Below are positions 7,612 through 13,401 of a stretch of 54,420 nucleotides of DNA, one piece after another. This stretch comes from Candidatus Liptonbacteria bacterium RIFCSPLOWO2_01_FULL_56_20 (GTDB lineage Bacteria; Patescibacteriota; Minisyncoccia; UBA6257; 2-01-FULL-56-20). The stretch spans positions 1 through 54,420 of the forward strand of contig MHLC01000026.1 in NCBI GenBank assembly GCA_001818655.1, read 5' to 3'. A model generated the notes under the pieces. That model was not told the origin of the DNA, did no database searches, and was given only the letters and a program-made list of their open reading frames with translations. Both the position numbers and the translations under genes were made by a program. Position 1 is the stretch's first letter. Each line of letters starts with the position of its first letter.

Positions 7612-8442
7612 CTATTGGAGGTTCCTTACAAAACTGATCGGATCTACGGACACGCCGTTGATCTTTATCGATAAGTGGAGATGTGGCGTCTCGGCGTAGC
7701 CCGTATTTCCCACGGTGCCGACGAGAGAGCCCTTCTTCAACGCGGCGCCTTCCTTGACCCTGATCGTGTCGAGGTGGATATAGAAAGAGAATATGCCTTG
7801 TCCGTGGTCCACGATGACCAAGTTGCCGTAGACCGCATCAACATATGCTTTACGAACCAAGCCCGCGTTTATCGCGCCCACAGCCGCGCCTTTTTTCGCG
7901 GTGAAATCCGTTCCCATGTGGCGTATCTGGGTCTCGCCGGTTTGCCGTATCTCGCCGAACACGCTTCCCACGCGCCGGTTGTCCGCGAGCGCGAGTCCGA
8001 ACTGGCTTGAGAAGAAAACATTCTCAGCTTTTTTCCCGAATATCTCATCCAGGATCACTTTTTCCGTTTGGAGCTTGTTCACCAAACCGGTAGGCGTGAG
8101 CCCAAGTTTTTCCGGAATACCCAGCACTACAAGCGGGAATTTTTTGGCGCGCACCGCGACAGTTTGCTCTTGCACGGTGCCGTCCGCGAAGTCCACGCGC
8201 AGCACATAGGCACCAGGCGGTTTTGTCGCGGAGACGCCGAACACCGCGCGGTACGCGCCCGCGTACGGGAAAACAGAGATCGCCGCGCCGTCGAACGTCG
8301 CAGATCGCGGGTTTTTAGAAAAAGAAACGACCACGGCGTCGCCCTGAAACAGCGTCTTGGGAGAGAGCGCGAGCGGCGTCTCTGCTCGCGCAGCGATAGG
8401 CAAGAGTATGACGATAAAACAGGAAAGGATTATTCTGTTCAT
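7612..8442 (-). CDS. M23 family (LytM-like) metallopeptidase, secreted
   Basis: Signal or anchor sequence, then HMGTDF (HxxxD) and PHLHLSIKINGVSVDP (HxH) motifs. Confidence 0.85.
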   Translation of the reverse strand: MNRIILSCFIVILLPIAARAETPLALSPKTLFQGDAVVVSFSKNPRSATFDGAAISVFPYAGAYRAVFGVSATKPPGAYVLRVDFADGTVQEQTVAVRAKKFPLVVLGIPEKLGLTPTGLVNKLQTEKVILDEIFGKKAENVFFSSQFGLALADNRRVGSVFGEIRQTGETQIRHMGTDFTAKKGAAVGAINAGLVRKAYVDAVYGNLVIVDHGQGIFSFYIHLDTIRVKEGAALKKGSLVGTVGNTGYAETPHLHLSIKINGVSVDPISFVRNLQ

Positions 8443-8933
8443 GATTTTTCCCGCGCGGTTCGCATCTCGCGCTCGGCCGCGCGTTTCTTGAGGACCGCGC
8501 GCTTGTCGGATTTTTTCCTGGACTTACCAAGCCCGAGCTCGATCTTTACGAAGCCGCGTTTTATATACGCGCGAAGCGGCACAAATGTTAGCCCTTTTTC
8601 GCGGACGCGGCCGGTTATGCCCTTTATTTCCTCGTGCCGGAGAAGAAGGCGGCGCGTGCGGCCGGAGTCATAATCCTTCGGCGCGTTCTTGGGCTGATAC
8701 GCAGGGATCTGCGCGTTCAAAAGCCAGACCTCGTTGTTTCGTACGACCGCGTAGCTGCCGCTCAAATTGATATGGCCGGCTTTCGCGCTTTTCACTTCTT
8801 GGCCGGTGAGCTCGATGCCGGCTTCGTAGGTTTCAATGATGTCGTAGTCGAATCGCGCCCGCCTGTTCTCGGCGAGGCAGGCCCGCCTGTTCTCGGCGAG
8901 GAATGCGCGGCGGTTTCGGACGGGTGCGTTCAT
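8439..8933 (-). CDS. smpB: SsrA-binding protein SmpB
   Basis: ENRRARFDYDIIETYEAGIELTGQEVKS...SYAVV...EVWLLN..I.PY matches the SmpB core. The N-terminus carries an in-frame 24-nt tandem duplication. Confidence 0.9.
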   Translation of the reverse strand: MNAPVRNRRAFLAENRRACLAENRRARFDYDIIETYEAGIELTGQEVKSAKAGHINLSGSYAVVRNNEVWLLNAQIPAYQPKNAPKDYDSGRTRRLLLRHEEIKGITGRVREKGLTFVPLRAYIKRGFVKIELGLGKSRKKSDKRAVLKKRAAEREMRTAREKS

Positions 8934-9014
8934 GCTTTTATTCTAACCCAGAAATTTCATTGTCAGAAGCCGTTTTTTGCGGTATTTTTAGCTTGTATTG
9001 CCGCTCAAAATCGC

Positions 9015-10613
9015 ATGCTTCAGACAAGGATAAGAATTATTGTGAGGAATGCTGTTCCCGCGAACATTGAATTCGACGTGCTCGTGCCGGAGAAAAGCGC
9101 GTTCGGCCACTATGCGACCAACGTTGCGTTGCGAATGGCGAAGCACGAGCGTAAGGATCCGATCAAGCTCGGCCATGAGCTCGCGACAAAAATCCGCGAG
9201 CGTGCGCCGCAGGGGTTTTTTGCGAGGGTCGAGGTTGCGCCGCCCGGATTCATCAATTTTTGGCTTTCGCCGCACGCGTTTGCCTTGGTCGTGGGCGAGA
9301 TCGTGAAGCAGAAATCCCGCTACGGGTCGTCCCGGCTGGGGAAAGGAAAAAAAACGCAGGTGGAATACGTTTCCGCGAACCCGACCGGCCCCCTCACGCT
9401 CGCGAACGGCAGGGGCGGGTTTTTGGGAGACGCGATCGCGAACGCGCTCAAGTTTGCGGGCTACACGGTCGAGCGCGAATACTACGTGAACGACACGGGC
9501 GGCCAGATAGAAACGTTAGGCAGGTCAATCCTGGCGTTTGCGGGCTATGTCCCCGAAGAAGACCATTTCTATAAAGGCGCATACCTCAAGGATTGGGAGA
9601 AGAAGCATCGCGCCGTAGCAAAGCGTTACGCGAAAGACCCGCTGCGGTTAGGCCAGCGCGCCGCGCGTGATTTCTTGGGCGCGATCAAGTCCGTGCTCGC
9701 CAAGGAAGCGCGCATCCGCTTTGACCGGTTTACTTCGGAAGAGGGGCACATCCACAAGAAAGGGTTCGTCAAAAAAGCGCTCGCGCTTTTTGAGCGGAAA
9801 AAACTGGCGTACGAGAAAGAAGGCGCGGTGTGGCTCCGGACCACCGCATTCGGAGACGATAAGGATCGTGTGCTCGTAACGCGCGAAGGGAGTCCGACAT
9901 ACCTCCTTGCGGACTCCGGGCACTACTTAGAGACCAAAACGCGCGGTTTCCACGGAAAGATCAATATTCTGGGGCCGGATCATTACGGGTACGTGAAGCG
10001 CATTCAGGCCGCAGCAGCGATCGTAGGTCTTGATAACTCCGAAGTGATTATCACGCAGGCCGTGCGGCTCGTGCGAAACGGGAAAGAGGCGAAGATGTCC
10101 AAGCGCAAAGGCGAGTTCGCGACGTTTAAAGAGCTTATCCGCGATGTCGGCTCTGATGCCGCGCGATTCTTTTTCCTCATGATCGCGCCCGAGACGCATA
10201 TGGATTTTGACCTCGCGCTCGCCAAAGAGCACTCCATGAAAAATCCGGTCTATTACGCGCAGTACGCGGCAGTGCGCGCCCGCGCGATCCTGAAAAAACT
10301 AGGGAAGCAGCCGGTCCTATCAAATGAGAAGCTCGCCGCGCTCCTTGTAACCGAGGACGACGCTCGCCTTATGGCGATGCTTGCGCGATTTCCCGAAGTG
10401 CTGGAGGAAGCGACGCGCACCCGGCGCATCCATGAGCTCACGCGCTATGCGTCAGACCTCGCCGCCACGTTCCATAATTTCTACGAGAAAGAGCGGGTGA
10501 TCGAAGAAGAAAAAGACGTGCGCGCCGCGCGCGGCACGCTTGTTTCTGCCGCTTCCATCGTATTTACGAACCTCTTCGGCATTTTGGGCATTGCAACGCC
10601 GAAGAAAATGTAG
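9015..10613 (+). CDS. argS: arginine--tRNA ligase
   Basis: Internal ATG at 9015 (MLQTRIRIIVRNAV...). SANPTGPLTLANGRG (HIGH-region equivalent), KMSKRKG, and a C-terminal DALR-type anticodon-binding region. The 659-aa ORF start is antisense to smpB and was rejected. Confidence 0.9.
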   Translation: MLQTRIRIIVRNAVPANIEFDVLVPEKSAFGHYATNVALRMAKHERKDPIKLGHELATKIRERAPQGFFARVEVAPPGFINFWLSPHAFALVVGEIVKQKSRYGSSRLGKGKKTQVEYVSANPTGPLTLANGRGGFLGDAIANALKFAGYTVEREYYVNDTGGQIETLGRSILAFAGYVPEEDHFYKGAYLKDWEKKHRAVAKRYAKDPLRLGQRAARDFLGAIKSVLAKEARIRFDRFTSEEGHIHKKGFVKKALALFERKKLAYEKEGAVWLRTTAFGDDKDRVLVTREGSPTYLLADSGHYLETKTRGFHGKINILGPDHYGYVKRIQAAAAIVGLDNSEVIITQAVRLVRNGKEAKMSKRKGEFATFKELIRDVGSDAARFFFLMIAPETHMDFDLALAKEHSMKNPVYYAQYAAVRARAILKKLGKQPVLSNEKLAALLVTEDDARLMAMLARFPEVLEEATRTRRIHELTRYASDLAATFHNFYEKERVIEEEKDVRAARGTLVSAASIVFTNLFGILGIATPKKM

Positions 10614-10676
10614 GCGTCGCGCGAATGGGAGCAAAAAGCCGTTTGTTATGCGTTTTGCCGGGCAAACAGCGACCCC

Positions 10677-10705
10677 TTGCGTTTCTTAATGATATATGCT
10701 ATAAT
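10677..10705 (+). promoter_or_regulatory. sigma70-like promoter upstream of the DGR target gene
   Basis: TTGCGT (10677-10682), 17 nt, TATAAT (10700-10705). It leaves a ~134-nt 5' UTR containing an imperfect 13-bp hairpin (10734-10746 / 10762-10774). Confidence 0.4.
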
Positions 10706-10845
10706 GTAAAGCGTACCTTGATAATGCTTGGCTGCGCGCTAGAAGGCTTGATATTATTGAGCCCTCTGGCGCGCAACCAATGCAATCCGTCTACCTAAAA
10801 AGCTTCGTATAGTGCGAGGTAAGGGGTAGGCAAAGGAGTGAGGTC

Positions 10846-11436
10846 ATGGAAAAGATGAGCGTAGGACAGGCTCGGGAGCTACACAGCCGCTTGGTGCGGT
10901 GCGCCCCCGACGACTTGGACACCGATCTCGCGCAGGCATTGAACGACGCCTCGCCCGAGATCATCCGCGAGTTCCTCGCTGGGCTGAAGACCCTTCAGGT
11001 CTTTTGCTCTGTCCCCGAGGACGGCGAGGAGTTCGAGCTCTCGCTCGACGGCAACGCCGTAGACCCGCTGGCGATGGTCCGTAAGGACGGCTACAGCGGG
11101 GAGTGGCAGTTTAACGGGCCGAAAGTGGAGGGAGTTCAGACCCGCCGCTTCCAGCTCGTCCGTTTGGGATACTGCCCTAACCTCGACGAGGCCAAGGCGA
11201 AAGCCCAAACCCGGGGTTACCGGCTCGCCGAGGGTGAGTGGCGGGAGGCTTTCCGCAAGAGGTTTCTTCGCCCCGCCGTTGGCGACCTTATCGCCTTCGG
11301 TGGTTCCGGGTGGACGTACCCGAATGGCGACCGCAACTTCCCGTATCTCGACGAGAGCGACGGAGCGTGGGACTCGGACTTCGACTGGGTTGGCAGCGGG
11401 TTCGACGAGGACTGGCGGTGGCTCGTGAGCAAGTAG
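10846..11436 (+). CDS. DGR target (variable) protein, 196 aa, C-terminal CLec/DUF1566-like variable region
   Basis: AAGGAG SD upstream. The C-terminal 44 aa (GSGWTYPNGDRNFPYLDESDGAWDSDFDWVGSGFDEDWRWLVSK) are encoded by the VR. No signal peptide or TM is visible. Confidence 0.85.
   Translation: MEKMSVGQARELHSRLVRCAPDDLDTDLAQALNDASPEIIREFLAGLKTLQVFCSVPEDGEEFELSLDGNAVDPLAMVRKDGYSGEWQFNGPKVEGVQTRRFQLVRLGYCPNLDEAKAKAQTRGYRLAEGEWREAFRKRFLRPAVGDLIAFGGSGWTYPNGDRNFPYLDESDGAWDSDFDWVGSGFDEDWRWLVSK
11302..11433 (+). repeat. DGR variable region (VR)
   Basis: Aligns at an offset of 529 nt with 11831-11962. In a hand alignment, 13 mismatches were found, 11 of them at positions that are A in the downstream copy. 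Confidence 0.85.
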
Positions 11437-11488
11437 CGGGACTTGGAGCCTCGGGCGCTTGGCGTTCCATTGGCCCCTCGGTTCCTTC

Positions 11489-11520
11489 GGCCTCGCACGG
11501 TCAATATGACGTGCGAGGCC
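11489..11520 (+). terminator. GC-rich hairpin downstream of VR (terminator and/or DGR target-recognition stem-loop)
   Basis: GGCCTCGCAC-ggtcaatatgac-GTGCGAGGCC, a 10-bp perfect stem followed by TTTCGTTTT. Confidence 0.5.
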
Positions 11521-11549
11521 TTTCGTTTTACAGGTAAGAGGCGACAGCC

Positions 11550-11578
11550 TTGTGTTTCAATACTAGTGGCGATAGAAT
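11550..11578 (+). promoter_or_regulatory. candidate promoter for the TR RNA
   Basis: TTGTGT (11550-11555), 17 nt, TAGAAT (11573-11578), about 250 nt upstream of the TR. Confidence 0.35.
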
Positions 11579-11830
11579 AATTTACGGAGAGTAGATTAAT
11601 AGAAGCCCGCGGCTACGGTTTCGGGCGATCAAAATCCGAGATTTGTCGTATGCGGAGTAGCATCGGGTACGCCTTGTGCTAGCGTCATCCTCAATCTCCA
11701 AAAAACAAAAGCTACTTGGTACCAGGCGCCAGCGAGTTTTTAGACTCCAAATACGATACAATCCGGAGACCGGCCCGCCAACATAGTGCGGCACTCAACG
11801 GACGGTGGCGCAGATGGCGTCTGGTATATT

Positions 11831-11962
11831 GGTTCCGAGTGGACGAACCCGAATGGCAACCGCAACTTCCCGTATCTCGACGAGAACGACGGAGCGTGGA
11901 ACTCGAACTTCAACTGGGCTGACAACGATTTCGACGAGAACTGGCGGTGGCTCGTGAGCAAC
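11831..11962 (+). repeat. DGR template region (TR)
   Basis: The adenine-rich copy of the VR, with AAC codons at most variable positions (GAAC, GCAAC, GAGAAC, TGGAACTCGAACTTCAAC, GACAACGAT, GAGAAC). Not a plausible CDS in its own right. Confidence 0.85.
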
Positions 11963-12366
11963 TACTTTTGTTCCCCGCCTCTGGCGGGGTTTATTATTGT
12001 ATTGACCTGTTTCTGCCAGCCGCCGAGCATTCTGCCAATTTCAGAGAGGTTTTCTGATAGGGCTATATATTTTTTATTGTCCAAAGCCTTGATCTCCCAG
12101 GCGATTTGCAGAAAGAATTTCAAGGAGTCCAGCTTGGCACTGGCCTCAAAAATGACCGGCAATTTTCTCTCCCCGGGTAAGCGACTCGCTGTAAAAACAA
12201 GTTCAATCATTTCCGTGAACAGGCCGTCAATTTTCCCGCCCAGCGTGTAGCGCGAGGTCTTGGGAAAATGCGGCAGGAATTCGTGCCATAGTTTGTAGGC
12301 GGCAATCAGGCGCTGGATGATGGATAAATTGTTCCTGCGGGGGGGGCTTACTGGTAAAGAATTCAT
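11962..12366 (-). CDS. avd: DGR accessory variability determinant (Avd; four-helix-bundle protein)
   Basis: MNSLPV...SIIQRLIAAYKLWHEFLPHFPKTSRYTLGGKIDGLFTEMIELVFTA...LDSLKFFLQIAWEIKAL...LSEIGRMLGGWQKQ shows a typical Avd / 23S-IVS four-helix-bundle pattern. Start chosen at the internal ATG at 12366-12364. Confidence 0.85.
   Translation of the reverse strand: MNSLPVSPPRRNNLSIIQRLIAAYKLWHEFLPHFPKTSRYTLGGKIDGLFTEMIELVFTASRLPGERKLPVIFEASAKLDSLKFFLQIAWEIKALDNKKYIALSENLSEIGRMLGGWQKQVNTIINPARGGEQK
11973..11999 (+). terminator. terminator-like hairpin immediately 3' of TR (inside the avd C-terminal codons on the other strand)
   Basis: CCCCGCC-tct-GGCGGGG (11973-11989) followed by TTTATTATTG. Confidence 0.4.
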
Positions 12367-13342
12367 GAAAAAATTTGATTGCAACTTTGAGCGGATGGTA
12401 AGCGTGGAAAATCTACTGGACGCTTGGCAGGAATTCGTCCGCGGCAAGCGGGCGAAGCCGGACGTGCAGGAATTCTCTCTGCGGCTTATGGATAACATTT
12501 TACAGCTCCATCATGAACTTGTGAACCGAACCTACCGGCACGGCGGCTACCAGTCGTTCAACATCTCCGACCCGAAGCCGCGAAACATCCATAAAGCAAA
12601 CGTCCGCGACCGACTCCTGCACCACGCCGTCCATCGCATACTCTACCCCCTCTTTGACCGGACATTTATCGCCGATTCCTATTCCTGCCGTTTAAGCAAA
12701 GGCACACACAAAGCCATTAACCGCTTTAGGGCGTTCGCCTACAAGGCGAGCCGCAACCACACCAGGACCTGCTGGGTTTTGCAATGCGATGTCAAAAAGT
12801 TTTTCGCCAGCGTTGATCACAGGGTCTCGCTGGATATCCTCAAACGCTACATATCGGATACTGACATTATCCGGCTCTTGCGAGAAGTTGTCGGCAGTTT
12901 TCACTCCGGCATTCCGGGCAAGGGTTTGCCGCTCGGCAATCTCACTTCCCAGCTTCTGGCCAATGTATATATGAATGAGCTTGATCAGTTCGTGAAGCAC
13001 AAACTCAAAATAAGGCATTACATCCGCTATGCGGACGATTTTACGATTTTATCCGAGAACAAAACCTTACTGGAGAGTTTAACCCCGCAGATAGACGGTT
13101 TCCTCCGTCAAAACCTTAAACTGGAATTGCATCCGGACAAGATTTGCATGAAAACCATCGCTTCCGGCGTGGATTTCCTGGGCTGGGTGCATTTCCTCGG
13201 CCACCGAGTTTTGCGGACGGCAACGAGGAGGCGGATGCTGAAACAGATTGCGGAACATCCTGCGCCGGAGACACTGATTTCGTACGCTGGCCTTCTGCGG
13301 CACGGGAATGCGTACAAGCTCCTCGCGTCTTTAGGATTTTAG
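12365..13342 (+). CDS. DGR reverse transcriptase
   Basis: VENLLDAW, DPKPRNIHKANVRDRLLHHAV, CDVKKFFASVDH, LPLGNLTSQLLANVYMNELD (the DGR-specific LGxxxSQ motif), YIRYADDFTIL (YxDD), GVDFLGW. Start ATG at 12365 (alternatives 12317 or 12395). Confidence 0.9.
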   Translation: MKKFDCNFERMVSVENLLDAWQEFVRGKRAKPDVQEFSLRLMDNILQLHHELVNRTYRHGGYQSFNISDPKPRNIHKANVRDRLLHHAVHRILYPLFDRTFIADSYSCRLSKGTHKAINRFRAFAYKASRNHTRTCWVLQCDVKKFFASVDHRVSLDILKRYISDTDIIRLLREVVGSFHSGIPGKGLPLGNLTSQLLANVYMNELDQFVKHKLKIRHYIRYADDFTILSENKTLLESLTPQIDGFLRQNLKLELHPDKICMKTIASGVDFLGWVHFLGHRVLRTATRRRMLKQIAEHPAPETLISYAGLLRHGNAYKLLASLGF

Positions 13343-13401
13343 TTTGCGGCTACGAAGATTCTCCGCTATTATTCAGTCATTACGAAGAGGATAATCCAAT
13401 A

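Larger units (their letters stand above)
10846..13342 (+). mobile_element. diversity-generating retroelement (DGR) cassette: target gene with VR, TR, avd (inverted), RT
   Basis: VR/TR repeat with adenine-specific mismatches, plus an Avd-like gene and a DGR-type RT. See the component features. Confidence 0.85.

Noticed and set aside
8634-9014. N-terminal 127 aa of the 659-aa ORF that contains argS
   Set aside because: It lies antisense to the well-supported smpB. The argS homology only begins at the ATG at 9015. This is a typical high-GC shadow extension.
11786-12250. 154-aa ORF starting MRHSTDGG... that repeats the target C-terminus
   Set aside because: The similarity reflects the DGR template region. 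After the repeat the frame runs antisense through avd. There is no SD. It is interpreted as non-coding TR RNA.
12317-13342. RT as a retron or group II intron reverse transcriptase
   Set aside because: The LGxxxSQ motif, the adjacent Avd-like gene and a TR/VR pair with adenine-specific mismatches all point to a DGR. No intron RNA domains or msr/msd-like repeats were seen.
13144-13401. N-terminal 86 aa of the 1258-aa ORF that contains ileS
   Set aside because: It overlaps the 3' end of the DGR RT in another frame. IleRS similarity starts at MFFGENFKLPEVEEKV (ATG at 13402).
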